This document shows positions 36,801 to 49,407 of a stretch of 64,000 nt of DNA, one piece after another. Positions within the stretch are counted from its first letter, which is position 1. Every line of letters begins with the position of its first letter. Below the pieces are notes generated by a model, which was not told the DNA's origin, made no database searches, and was given only the letters and a program-made list of their open reading frames with translations. Source of the DNA: Mustelus asterias (taxonomy: Eukaryota); the NCBI RefSeq assembly GCF_964213995.1, contig NC_135808.1:63488001-63552000 (forward strand), given 5' to 3'. Made by a program: the position numbers and the translations under genes.

Positions 36801-37759
36801 ATAAACTATGATGATGATGATCACTTTGAATAGCAGGGGCCAGGGGTCCTTCGTGCTGCTGAACCCATGTCCAACTGTGTGTGCTTGAGAGCCTAATGAC
36901 AGTGCTGGTGTCAAATCAGCACCACATTCTGACTGAAGATGGCATACCTTTGGCCCATGCTTTTATTTCCCTCACCAAAATGGCACTCAACAAAGACTGT
37001 ACCAGAAATGAGTGCACATAGCAGGCATTGTTTGGCACCAAGAGGGCCAGTGTATTCACGGAACTACACATGCTGTGGTGCTGGGTGTTATAGTCAGTGT
37101 GAGCTGGAAGCACATGGATGGGGAAGACAGTACAATAGAGAGTATGAATACAAATTAGGATCAGCAGTAGGCCGCTCGGCCCCTTGAGTCTGCTGCACCA
37201 TTCAATAAGATCATGGCTGATCTGTTTGTAACTTCAACCCCACATTCCTGTTTACCCCCCTTTCGTTCCCTGTTGTTACAAACGTAAGCATAGACAGCAT
37301 GCATAATCCACTGGAACTCTTTTAAAAAGACAAAAAAATCCTACAAGTTTCAGCCGCTTCAAGCCGGAATCTCTAACCTATGCACAACTTACCAAATTTA
37401 TTCATTAGCAGCGATGGGCTTTCATTTTGGTTTTCAAATACGGGGGCGAATTTTACAGTGGGGTGGTGTGCTGCAGCAACACTTGCTGCTTTCTAAATGC
37501 ACCTGAGGAGTTTCTTAAGAAGCTTCTTTAATGAAGGACCCTTACCTTCCCCTTTGTGAGGCAGGAGGATGCGTTCAGGACTGGCAGCAGTAAATCAGCC
37601 CCCGTTGTACAGCCCACCCACTACCTTCCTGTCATTAACGTGCCCCTGCCAGAGTTGAAGTTCAGCAACCCTTGAGACAAAATATCAGTGCAGGGTCAGT
37701 CAGCGTGTCCTGCCAATGATGTTCCCACTGATTCAGCAGCCTTTGTTTGGTTCCCCCAG

Positions 37760-37877
37760 GCACTATTCTGACGAAATTGGACCAAAACACTGGAGCAATT
37801 CCAGATTTGCACATATGATGAAACTCAAGCAAACAGCACTGAAAACTGCGAGAGAGAAGTGGGCTGACTACATACTG
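37760..37877 (+). CDS. COLGALT2: COLGALT2 internal coding exon (probably exon 3, 118 bp)
   Basis: Acceptor ttcccccAG and donor GTGAGT at 37878. Translates [39 protein letters not shown]. Phase matches the previous exon (AA|G = Lys). Confidence 0.96.
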
Positions 37878-38387
37878 GTGAGTAATATTTCAGGTTACTG
37901 TCTCTTTTGAAACATTCAGTAGTCCACTCAGCCAATTATTATTTAGGATGGTTAAAACTACTTTTCAGCTCAATGGCTTGCCACCTCCATTGTTGGTAGA
38001 AAATACAAAGAGGCGATACATAGAGTCTCGATTTTCTACTGGGTTTGTGAGATTTTTCAAATTAATTGGGCCAGATTGGGTGAGATTAGTACTAAGGCAG
38101 TCAAACACCAGATTGGAAACATAATTATGAAAATTATTGAGAACAAAGTAAATATTGTAATATAGGTATTGAATTTCCTGTACTATCCACAGGTTGACAT
38201 TGCAACCTAGCAATATCAGGTGATCGGGTGTGTTGAAGGAGGGAGAGAAGCAACAAGATTTGTAGAGACTAATTGGATCAGATGTCTTATTTCCATATTA
38301 TATAAAGCCTAAGTAATTATATGCAATCTTGTTCAGCCTGTCTGAAGTTCTGTTATTCCAATGGTTCTTCTTAATGAGGTAATCTTT

Positions 38388-38697
38388 AGAATAATAGAAT
38401 CCGTAAGTGCAGAAGGATGCCGTTCGGCCCATCGCGTCTGTACCAACCACAGTCCCACTCAGTCCTTATTCCTGTAACACCACACATTTACCCTACTAAT
38501 CCCCCTGACACTAATTTAGCATGGCCAATCAACCTAACCAGCACATCTTTGGAGTGTGGGAGGAAACCGGAGCACCCGGAAGAGACCTACGCAGACATGG
38601 GGAGAACGTGCGAACTCCACACAGACAGTGACTGTGATTGAACCTGGGCCCTGGCGCTGTGACGCAGCAGTGCTAACCATTGTGCCACCATGCTCCC
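38388..38697 (-). mobile_element. HE1-type SINE
   Basis: A/B boxes, core and tail on the minus strand. Confidence 0.9.
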
Positions 38698-38960
38698 CAG
38701 CATGGATTCCTCCCCAAAACCTCCATTCTCGTCTCACTCCTGTTCCCTTCCTCAAAACTCCCATTCCTTTCTCGGCCCCTGTTCCCTCCCCGAAACCCCA
38801 TTCCATCTTCGCATCCCCACTCCCTTCCAAACTCACCACATTAGTTGGAATCGGCTGCTTAAGCTGAGGTCAGTTTGCCATACCTCGTCACCCCCTGCCC
38901 CCGCCCAAGAATTGTCCTCGACTCTCAAGGAACTCAAGTTTACTCTCCTCAGCATTGCTT

Positions 38961-40112
38961 TTAGAACATAGAACATAGAACAGTACAGCACAGAACAGGC
39001 CCTTCGGCCCACGATGTTGTGCCGACCTTCATCTGAAACCAAGATCAAGCTATCCCACTCCCTACCATCCTGGTGTGCTCCATGTGCCTATCCAATAACC
39101 GCTTAAATGTTCCTAAAGTGTCTGACTCCACTATCACTGCAGGCAGTCCATTCCACACCCCAACCACTCTCTGCGTGAAGAACCTACCTCTGATATCCTT
39201 CCTATATCTCCCACCATGAACCCTATAGTTATGCCCCCTTGTAATAGCTCCATCCACCCGAGGAAATAGTCTTTGAACGTTCACTCGATCTATCCCCTTC
39301 ATCATTTTATAAACCTCTATTAAGTCTCCCCTCAATCTCCTCCACTCCAGAGAGAACAGCCCCAGCTCCCTCAACCTTTCCTCATAAGACCGACACTCCA
39401 AACCAGGCAGCATCCTGGTAAATCTCCTCTGCACTCTTTCCAGCGCTTCCACATCCTTCTTATAGTGAGGTGACCAGAACTGCACGCAATATTCCAAATG
39501 CGGTCTCACCAAGGTCCTGTACAGTTGCAGCATAACCCCACGGCTCTTAAACTCCAACCCCCTGTTAATAAAAGCTAACACACTATAGGCCTTCTTCACA
39601 GCTCTATCCACTTGAGTGGCAACCTTTAGAGATCTGTGGATATGGACCCCAAGATCTCTCTGTTCCTCCACAGTCTTCAGAACCCTACCTTTGACCCTGT
39701 AATCCACATTTAAATTTGTCCTACCAAAATGAATCACCTCACATTTATCAGGGTTAAAGTCCATTTGCCATTTTTCAGCCCAGCTTTGCATCCTATCTAT
39801 GTCTCTTTGCAGCCTACAACACCCCTCCACCTCATCCACTACTCCACCAATCTTGGTGTCATCAGCAAATTTACTGATCCACCCTTCAGCCCCCTCTTCT
39901 AAGTCATTAATAAAAATCACAAAGATCAGAGGACCAAGCACCGATCCCTGCGGCACTCCGCTAGCAACCTGCCTCCAGTCCGAAAATTTTCCATCCACCA
40001 CCACCCTCTGTCTTCGATCAGATAGCCAGTTACCTATCCAATCGGCCAACTTTCCCTCTATCCCACACCTCCTTACTTTCATCATAAGCCGACCATGGGG
40101 GACCTTATCAAA
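38961..40112 (-). mobile_element. Young 5'-truncated CR1/HER1 LINE; open RT C-terminal ORF 39045-40085
   Basis: 346 codons without a stop: [50 protein letters not shown]. Tail (TTCTATG)n. Confidence 0.95.
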
Positions 40113-40442
40113 CGTTTCTTTTCATTTATTCGTTCATGAGGTTTTAGTGTCACTGGCTCGGCCAGCATTTATCGTGCATCCCTAGTTGCCCTTCAGAAGG
40201 TGGCGGTGAGCTGCCTTCATGGACTGCTGCAGTCCATGTGGTGTAGGTGCACCCACCGTGCTGTTGGGGAAAGTGTTCCAGGATTTTGACCCAACGACAG
40301 TGAAGGAAAGGCGATATATTCCTAAGTCAGCATGATAAGTGGCTTGGAGCGGAATCTCGATGTGGTGATGTTCCCAGGTATTCGCTTCTCCTGTCCTTCT
40401 TGATGGTAGTGATCGTGGGTTTGGAAGGTGCTGTCTAAGGAA

Positions 40443-40580
40443 CCATAGAACCATAGAAAATTACAGCTCAGAAACAGGCCTTTTGGCCCTTCTTGTCTGT
40501 GCCGAACCATTTTATGCCTAGTCCCACTGACCTGCATTTGGACCATATCCCTCCACACCCCTCTCATCCATGAACCCGTC
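40443..40580 (-). mobile_element. 3' tail of another CR1-type LINE
   Basis: GGATATGGTCCAAATGCAGG..AAGGCCTGTTTCTGAGCTGTAA..TTCTATGGTTCTATGG on the minus strand. Confidence 0.75.
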
Positions 40581-40581
40581 C

Positions 40582-41970
40582 ACTATCCTTTCAAAGTGGT
40601 TTCCCTCTTCTTGTTTCTCAGTTCTACCCATATAGATTCAGTGGGCGAACCCTCAGAAATATCCCCTCTCAGTACTGCCGTGATGTTCTCCCTACTCAAA
40701 AGCGGAACCCCCTTCCTCTCTTACCTCCTGTTCTATCCTTCCTATAACATCTGTAACCTGGAACATTGAGCTGCCAGTCTTGTCCCTCCCTTAGCCATGT
40801 TTCAGTAATAGCTATAATATTCCAGTCCCATGTACCCATCCATGCCCTGAATTCATCAGCTTTGCCTAACAGGCCTCTTGCATTGAAATAAAAGCAGGTT
40901 AATCTAGACTTCCCTAGCTCTCTACCCTGCTCTTGCCTGACCTGTCGAGTACTAGAATTACTGACACTGCCTTTACTATTTAACGTGCTCTCTTTAACTT
41001 CCATGCTGTCCTCAACCTTCTCTTCTGTCTCCCTACTGCTTTGGGTCCCGTCCTCTGCCAAACTAGTTTAAACCCTCTCAAGTTGCTCCAACAAATCTCC
41101 CCGCCAGGATATTAGTCGCCCTCCAGTTCAGGTGTAACCCATCCCTCTTGAACAAGTCACCCCTGCCCCAGAAGAGATCCCAATGATCCACAAATCTAAA
41201 TCTCTGTCCCCTGCACAAGTTCTCAAGCCAGGCATTCATCTGCCTCATCTTCCTATTCCTACTCTTGCTTCTACTTGGCACCAGCAGTAGTCCAGAAATT
41301 ACTACCTTCGAGTTCCTGCACTTTAACCTTCTGCCTAACTCTCTATATTCACACTTCAAGACTTCATCCCTTTTCGTACCTATGTTATTGGTAACAATGT
41401 GTACAACGACTTCTGGCTGCTCATCCTCTCCCTGAAGAATGACCTGCAACCACTCAGAGAAGTCCTTGACCCTGGCACCAGGAAGGCAACACATCATTCT
41501 GGAGTCTCAATCGCAGCTACAGAAACACCTGTCTGTGCCTCTAACCAGTGAGTCCCCCATTACTGCTGCTCGCTTGCTCTACAGCAGAACCAGGCGTGGT
41601 GCCATAGGCCTGGCTGCTGCTGGTATATTCCCCTGAAAGGCTATCCCCCTCAACAGTGTCCAAAATGGTATACCTGTTTGAAAGGGAAAGGCCACAGGAG
41701 ACTCCTGCACTACCTGCCTGTCTCTCCTGGTAGTCACCCATCTACCTGAATGAACCTGTGATGTGACAACCTCCCTGTAACTGGTGTCTATATCACTCTT
41801 TGCCCCCTGTATTCTCCGCAGTGTGTCCAGCTGCTGCTCCAACCGAACAATGTGGTCTGTGAGGAGCTGCAGCTGGAGACACATCTTGCAGACAAAGCTG
41901 TCAGGGAGTCTAGATTGCTCCTTGATTTCTCACATCTGGCAGGAGGAGCATACCACTGCCCTAACTCCAT
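40582..41970 (-). mobile_element. 5' half of a CR1-type LINE: ORF1 (Zn-finger + SGNH esterase) and start of ORF2 AP endonuclease, frameshifted
   Basis: ORF1 pieces CSSCQMW..CKMCLQLQLL..LEQQLDTLRRI and CLPGARVKD..VVVHIVTNNIG..DLFKRDGLHLN. ORF2 start LTCFYFNARGL..IIAITETWL..VPGYRCYRKDR. Confidence 0.9.
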
Positions 41971-42262
41971 AACTGCCCTTTTACAGTTAAAAAGTTGCGT
42001 ATGTTTGTACATATGCTGAAAAAAATTCTCTGTTCAGGACATTATACTTAATCATAGATCTTTAGTCAGAGCTAAATTGGACAACTTTTCTGCAATTCCT
42101 GTTGTGTGGAATGGATTAAGTCAGACTGTGAGAGTTTTATCTAACTCAAGTAGAGGTAATTAACCACTATTATATGGGGAAAAACTAACACCATCAAGTG
42201 GCACAAGACAGTCTTCCTTTAATTGTAAATCACTGATGTTCTTTCTCTTATTTTCCTTCCAG

Positions 42263-42397
42263 TTTGTCGATACAGACAACTTTCTAACAAATGAGCTGAC
42301 ACTGAATTTGATGATAGCTGAAAACCTAACTGTGGTTGCACCCATGCTGGACTCTCACACATTGTACTCAAACTTCTGGTGCGGTATGACACCCCAG
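42263..42397 (+). CDS. COLGALT2: COLGALT2 internal coding exon (probably exon 4, 135 bp) carrying the DxD motif
   Basis: Long pyrimidine tract plus AG at 42261-62 and donor GTGAGT at 42398. Translates [45 protein letters not shown], phase 0 at both ends. Confidence 0.96.
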
Positions 42398-42689
42398 GTG
42401 AGTTGTTTAAATCAACAATTCTAAACCAGTTATTAACAGTAGAAAATGTCAGTGTAACAATTTGCAACCAAACGTCAATAAATGACAATGTAATGTCTTT
42501 CTCCCCTATCACCCTCCCCACCCAACACCAACCCCTGGAAATAATGACAGTTCTGCTTCATGTGGCTCATCATCTTGGAACCACGACAATATTGTTATTT
42601 GAAAGTATTTCCAATACTTAACACAAAAATCAATTCATTTAGAAGCCCCACCTGTTATGTTTGCAGGGTGTAGCCCTTTAAGAGAACAG

Positions 42690-42810
42690 ATCATAGAATC
42701 ATCATAGAATCCCTACAATGCAGAAGGAGACCATTCAGCCCAAGAATCCCACCCACACCCTATTCCCATAACCCCAAATATTTACCCTGCTAATCCCCTG
42801 ACACTAGGGT
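42690..42810 (-). mobile_element. HE1-type SINE tail fragment
   Basis: ATCATAGAATCCCTACA.TGCAGAAGGAG..TTTACCCTGCTAATCCCCTGACACTA. Confidence 0.8.
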
Positions 42811-43129
42811 CTCAGACTTAAAACCACCCTTCCTCAGAACTGAAACTCAATCTTATGTACTAAAAATCTCGAGTTGTCATTTTCACAGGGAGCGCAGTAA
42901 ACCTTCTGCCATTACAGTAAGCACTGAAAGTGTTGTGGTCTGTGAACCATATGATTTGATGCTTTCAGAAGTAGCAGAGATTCCAAGTTTTATTCATTTT
43001 TTAAAAAACCATCCATCAGAGCAAGATTAAAGCAGAAGATTACCAGGAAATAGAACTTAATTCTCACTATGGACTTAAAAGCTGTTTCTTGAATCAAAAT
43101 AGCATTTTAAGATAAAAACAGAAAATGCT

Positions 43130-43667
43130 TTGATTTGATTTGATTTATTATTGTAACATGTATTAGGATACAATGAAAAGTATTGTTTCTTGCGTACTAT
43201 ACAGACAAAACATGCCGTTCATAGAGTACATAGGGGAGAAGGAAAGGAGTGGGTCCAGAATGTAGTGTTGCAGTCATAGCTAGGGTGTAGAGAAAGATCA
43301 ACTTAATATATAATAGATCCATTCAAAAGGCTGATGGCAGCAGGGCTGTTCTTGAGTGGGTTGGTACATAATCTCAGACTCTTGAATGTTTCCTGATGAA
43401 AGAAAGTGGAAGAGAGTATGTCCGGGGTGTGTGGGGTTCTTGATTATGCTGGCTGCTTTTCCAAAGCAGCTGGAAGTGTAGACAGAGTCAATAGATGGGA
43501 GGCTGGTTTGCATGATGGGCTGGGCTACATTCACAACCCTTTGTAGTTTCTTCCGATCTTCATGAGAGCAGGAGCTATACCAAGCTGTGATATATCCAGA
43601 AAGGAAGCTTTCCACGGTGCATCTGAAAAAATTGATGACAGTCATTGCGGAAATGTTAAATTTCCTT
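43130..43667 (-). mobile_element. Rex1/Babar LINE 3' end
   Basis: RKFN.SAMTVINFFRCTVESFLSGYITAWY..HPGHTLFHFLSSG, with tail (TCAAA)n. Confidence 0.85.
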
Positions 43668-44837
43668 ATGGAAATACTCAGGTCATGCAGCATCTGTGGA
43701 GAGAGAAACAGAGGCAGGATGGGAAAATTTGGAAGCAATGATGCCCGCTGGTGTTGAGGTTGGAAATGTTAATGTTTCCACTCAATGATCTTTCGTCGGA
43801 GCTCAAAAGTCTTTCCATGTGAGTGCAGGCCTTTGCACTCAGTATCCTGTGTCAACATTGTACAGTTAATGGAGCTGTGAGGACAACAAAAAGTACCAGA
43901 GAGATCTTTCCACATTGACCCCCAGGTTTGGGGTACCTTCCAGTGACAGAACTGGTGAGAAAGATTCAGAATAACGACCTGGTGGCAGGGGGTGGCTTGT
44001 CAATTGTATCAAATCCTGCACTTGGTTTCACCAAGACAATCTAAGGGCGTCATACTAACCCAGTCCTTCATAACACATTCCGATTGAGTTACTAAAATTT
44101 GTTCCTCAGCAGGTTTACCACTTCATCGTTGGTTTATGCACACCCAAAATTTGGCAATCTTTTTGTTTATCCTAAGTTGCCTGTGAACAAGAGCAGTTGA
44201 CATGTCACGGCAATTGCTGCTCCTCTTTAATCACATCTTTCTGATAAACATTTCTCCTTGAGGTTAGACTTGTGAAACAAATATGAGATCTATAAATTAT
44301 AATGTGCATGACAATCATTTAACATGTTGCATGGACAGTCAGCATTTTGAGGCAGTATTGACCAGTTGTCTACATTCATGGGCAAAAATCAGCAACAATC
44401 CGGGCTCCACCATTCAATGGGGCACTTTGTTCCCCGTGTCAGCATCTTGAAAGCTGCTGTGTGCAGTGGGTGGGCAATTCTGCAATATCTTCCAGTATTA
44501 AAATGGTAGAAGGTTGGGTATACTAACAGCTTAATTGTCAAAATCTCAGCTGGGATCAGTAACTTTTTTTTCTAAAAAGAAGAAATTGGAAATTCCAGTT
44601 TTTAACTGAAGCCACGAGATTCCACAGTTTAAGACAAAAGAACTTTACTGCACAGGGGTCAAACAAAGCAAATCACCTTCATTGTGAAATCCAGAATGAA
44701 CATAAATTAAACATGAACTTACGGGCAAACTACAGTCAAATACAAAATGTAAAATATCGATTAAATGGCAATCGCGCCATCTTATTAAATGGCTCGGTGA
44801 TCCACTCAGCAATCTAAGTCACAAAGTCCTTCAAACT

Positions 44838-45222
44838 CTGCCTTCCAAACCAGCCTCCCATTCATTGACTCTGTCTATACTTCCCGCTGCCTTGAAAAAG
44901 CAGCCAGCATAATTAAGGACCCCATGCACCCCGGACATTCTCTCTTCCACCTTCTTCCATCTGGAAAAAGATACAAAAGTCTGAGGTCACGTACCAACCG
45001 ACTCAAGAACAGCTTCTTCCCTGCTGCCATCAGACTTTTGAATGGACCCATCTCACACTAAGTTAATCTTTCTCTACACCCTAACTATGACTGTAATAAT
45101 ACATTATGCAACCTCTCCTTTCCTTCTCTATGAACAATATGCTTTGTCTGTATAGCCCACAAGAAACAATTTCAGTGTATACTAATACATGTGACAATAA
45201 TAAATCAAATCAAAATCAAATC
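44838..45222 (+). mobile_element. Rex1/Babar LINE 3' end
   Basis: AASIIKDPMHPGHSLFHLLPSGKRYKSLRSRTNRLKNSFFPAAIRLLNG, ending GTGACAATAATAAATCAAATCAAA. Confidence 0.88.
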
Positions 45223-45354
45223 CTCGGAAAGAATTTCAGTTCTTGCTCTTCTAAGATTTAGCCTGATCTCCAGCTGACAGCTGCGTACAACCCACTTCGG
45301 TTCCAGGCTCTTCACCAAAAATGGCACACATCTGCAGAACCTCCTCAGCTCTAC

Positions 45355-45625
45355 TGTTTAAGACAGAGATGAGGAGTTTTTTTTTTACAGAGTTGTTAGT
45401 CTGTGGAATTTTCTTCCCCAGAGAGCAGTAGGAGTTGGGTCCTTAAATTTATTCAATGCAGAGTTAGATGGATTTTTGATGGACAAGGGAGTCAAGGGTT
45501 ATGGGGCAGACGGCAAAATGGAGTTGAGACCATAACGAGATCAGCCATGATCTTATTGAATGGCAGAGCAGGCTCGAAGAGCTAAGTGGCCTACTCCTGT
45601 TCCTAAGGCCTATGTCATATGTTCC
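45355..45625 (+). mobile_element. CR1-type LINE 3' end, decayed
   Basis: GATCAGCCATGATCTTATTGAATGGCAGAGCAGGCTCGA..GGCCTACTCCTG 3'UTR. Confidence 0.8.
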
Positions 45626-46040
45626 TCTGGTAAACCAGTTTCAGTCTCCACATAAGCTTTGGTTTCCAACCTCAGTTTCAGTCTTAGTTTCTATAGAAGC
45701 TAGAAGGGTTAACCTCCTTTCTTAGTTTCTCTTTTCAATCTGGGCCTGTCTCAAAAAAGAATACAAACTTTGATACCACGATTCCATCACATAGTGTATG
45801 ACACAGTCACCATCTATCCTGTGCCAGCATTTCCCAGAGGCCTATATTCAAGACTATTTTAAGAGTGTCAGATTTAGCATACAGATGTGCATGCATATCA
45901 TGACACATTTTTTTCTTTTAACCTCCACACTACTCTTGCCTATAACCCTTACAAAACCTTTTGAAACCAGCGTTAATCCCAAAGACCAAGTTCTGTCACA
46001 CTTTGTACTGGGCTCAATCCATTCTCATGCTGGTATTAAA

Positions 46041-46318
46041 TCATAGAATCCCTACAGAACAGGAGGCCATTCGGCCCATCGAGTCAGTACCGATTCAGCA
46101 TTTTACCCATCCAATCCCTGTAACCCCTAATCCAGCTGACCTACTCAACTTGGGACACTAAGGGGCAATTTAGTATGGCCAATCCACCTAACCTACACAA
46201 CTTGGGACACTAAGGGGCAATTTAGTATGGCCAATCCACATAACCTGCACATCTTTGGACTGTGGGAGGAAACTGGAGCACCCACAGGAAACCCACGCAG
46301 ACACTAGGAGAACGTGCG
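46041..46318 (-). mobile_element. HE1-type SINE lacking its head, with an internal 52-bp tandem duplication
   Basis: CTTGGGACACTAAGGGGCAATTTAGTATGGCCAATCCAC at 46149 and 46201. Confidence 0.85.
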
Positions 46319-46421
46319 AATCACCCCTGAAGGAGTTACAACCCTTCTACATCACCCCCCCCCCCCCACCCCCATTTCTTTTTTCAATCCGAGTACAGTT
46401 TTGTGTTTTGCCTTCATCCAG

Positions 46422-46626
46422 GGCTACTACAGAAGGACTCCTGATTACATTCCAATCCGGGAGTGGAAGCGTACCGAAAGTTTTCCTGTTCCTATGGTGC
46501 ACTCAACGTTCCTCATTGACCTGCGTAGGGAAGCTACGAGAAAGTTGGCCTTCTACCCTCCCCACCCGGACTACACCTGGGCATTCGATGACATCATTGT
46601 CTTTGCGTTTTCCTGCAAAATGGCCG
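46422..46626 (+). CDS. COLGALT2: COLGALT2 internal coding exon (probably exon 5, 205 bp)
   Basis: Acceptor ccttcatccAG and donor GTAATT at 46627. Translates [68 protein letters not shown], in frame with the previous exon. Confidence 0.96.
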
Positions 46627-47423
46627 GTAATTGTTAACACCTAGTTAATCTCCAGCTTTTACATAAAGGGTGCTTACAAATACCAAAATGTCACAAATGT
46701 TGAACACGAGAACTGTTGTAAATGTTTAACATGAAATGTACTTCCTTGACTTATTATCTTTCCACTAATAAGCTGCTTCATTAGTGGAAAATGAATATTT
46801 AGAAATCCTACAACTGCCAAATTGTTTTCCCAGATGACTGGCAAGATGTATTAATTTTACTTTGTGGCTTGTGTTTCTCTTTGGGCTCTGTTTAACTGGC
46901 AAGTATCTCGCTGTGTTTAAACCAAATCATGTTATTAACGTGCAAGTAGGCTGGCACGCAACTTCAATTTGTATTTTGCCAGTAATAATTAAAGTAACGA
47001 GCTACTGGAGGGAGAAATGCAAGCAGAGATTGTTTCGAAAATCCAAATCTCTTTGGTTCCTCTTCCTCTTTCCACTGACTCTTCTGAGGGTATAACTGTT
47101 TTTGAGGCACTGTTTCATGAACCCCAGCTGCGGAATTAACCTTTCTTTAGCTGCAAGCTTGTACACTATTAGAGTGTGGAGACATCACGGTTGAACTGGT
47201 TGTTGCTTTTCATGTTGCTCACACGTATTGTAACCATTCAATAAGAAGGCCACTCACCAGCTTCTCAAGAGCAACCAGGGATAGGGAATAAACCGTACCA
47301 TTGAAGCCATTTCCCAAATGAATGTTTAAAGCTAACAGTGGGCACTAGGACCAGGCTCAGCTATGACATGGTGGTGATTGAGGGATAGTTGCTGTGAGAG
47401 TTTACACATTAATTATGCAGAGA

Positions 47424-47721
47424 CATAGAAACATAGAATCCTACAGTGCAGAAGGAGGCCATTTGGCCCATCGGGTCTGCATCGACCGCAATTCCACCCA
47501 GGCTCTATCCCCATAACAACATGCCCTGACACTAAGGGGCAATTAAGCATGACCAAATTACCTAACCTGAATATCTTTGGACTGAGGGAGGAAACCGGAG
47601 CACCCAGAGGAAGCCCACGCAGACATGGGGAGAATGTGCAGACTCTGCACAGACAATGACCCAAGCTAGGAATCGAACCTGGGTCCCTGGCGCTGTGAGG
47701 CAGCAGTGCTAACCGTGCCGT
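47424..47721 (-). mobile_element. HE1-type SINE
   Basis: B box, core and tail on the minus strand. Confidence 0.9.
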
Positions 47722-47793
47722 CCTGAGCTGAGTTTTTGCATTATATTTGTGGATTGCTTGTGTCCTGGTGTAACGCCTGCAAGTTGAACCCCC

Positions 47794-47925
47794 TGGCCGG
47801 AATTCTCAGATGTCATATGCCCTGTCCCCCGCCAGTGAGAGAGAATTTGGTGCTCAGCCAAATCTCCATTCACAGCATCGGGACCGGAGAATCCCAGCCG
47901 CGGGAGAAGTTGGAGAATCCGGCCA
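47794..47925. mobile_element. MITE with 13-14 bp TIRs (Harbinger-like)
   Basis: TGGCCGGAATTCTC ... GAGAATCCGGCCA. Confidence 0.6.
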
Positions 47926-48539
47926 AGTCTCTGCACTTGTGCAATGACTGGATGCATTTCCGAAAATGTCTCCATCACCTCTCGCTCCCTGCCTTACCGG
48001 AATACACGACATGAAGTTGTTTTCCGACAATTTGCAGGACCAGCAGCCTTTACCACATGACTAAACGAGTCTTTGGTTGATTCAAAGCAGATAGCAACAG
48101 GAAGAGGTAAACGAGGCAGAAGCAAGAAATGGTACTTGAACATCTCTGTGCCAGCTAAAAGGCTGACCAAGTACCAGTAGAGCCCTTGTTAATTTTAGAA
48201 ATCTTCAAAAAACTCTGAATTGGAAACATATAGAGATGGAAACTCAGCAGCATAATCAAACCAGAGCAAATGAATGGAACAAGAGGGAATTCCAACATCA
48301 TTGTGTAATTTATATATGGTTAATCTCAATGAGCGTGTTAATTATTACTCTGCAGAAGTGCTTATTTGGATCATGCTGATGAGAAACAAAAACTCACCCA
48401 GAAATTAATTATCATCTCAGCTTGATTCAGAAGCTAATGATACCTCCCAAGGTTTTCAATTTTCTAAAAGAAACAACTTGTTATCAATGGTCTGACGTCT
48501 CTCAAACATTGCAAAGTGCAATGTAACTCACTCATTAGA

Positions 48540-49120
48540 ACAATGCATTGGTGAGGCCGCAGCTGGAATACTGTGTGCTGTTTTGGTCCCCTTACTTGCG
48601 AAAGGATATATTGGCCTTGGAGGGAGTGCAGAGAAGGTTCACCAGGTTGATACCGGAGATGAGGGGTGTAGATTATGAGGAGAGATTGAGCAGATTAGGT
48701 TTGTACTCGTTGGAGTTTAGAAGGCTGAGGGGTGATCTTATAGAGGCATATAAGATAATGAAGGGGCTGGATAGGGTAGAAGTGGAGAGATTCTTTCCAC
48801 TTAGAAAGGAAACCAGAACTAGAGGGCACAGCCTCAAAATAAAGGGGGGTCAGTTTAGGACAGAGTTGAGGAGGAACTTCTTCTCTCAGAGGGTGGTGAA
48901 TCTCTGGAATTTTCTGTCCACTGAAGTGGTGGAGGCTTCCTCGTTGAATATGTTTAAATCACGGATAGATGGATTTCTGATCAGTAGGGGAATTAAGGGT
49001 TATGGGGAGCAGGCGGGTAAGTGGAACTGACTCACTTCAGATCAGCCATGATCTTATTGAATGGCAGGGCAGGCTCGAGGGGCTAGATGGCCTACTCCTG
49101 CTCCTATTTCTTATGTTCTT
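48540..49120 (+). mobile_element. Young 5'-truncated CR1 LINE
   Basis: Open 160 aa LVRPQLEYCVLFWSPYLRKDILALEGVQRRFTRLIP..WNFL, with 3'UTR and a (CTTATGTT) tail. Confidence 0.92.
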
Positions 49121-49407
49121 ATAATGCAGGTAAGTGGTGATAGTGTGTACAGTTCATTCGGGTAGTCTGAGTTGCTGTGGTAATATGCAGTTTTACATGT
49201 ATGGTGTAGTCTGGAGCTATGGATAGTAATGGTGGGGGCTCCATCTTTCTTTCCATCGCATGGCTGACCAGGAATCTCTCCTGCTTTTAACACCCACCAT
49301 TGCTGTGTGCTGGAAGGATTTTTCAGGTAGATTTGCAACCTGTTTGCCTGCATCATGAATGCATCTACCCCATCACCTCCTGGGGTGGGACTTAAACTCA
49401 GAGCTTT

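Noticed and set aside
39045-40085. 346-aa ORF as a host gene
   Set aside because: It is the RT C-terminus of a 5'-truncated CR1 LINE with its tail repeat.
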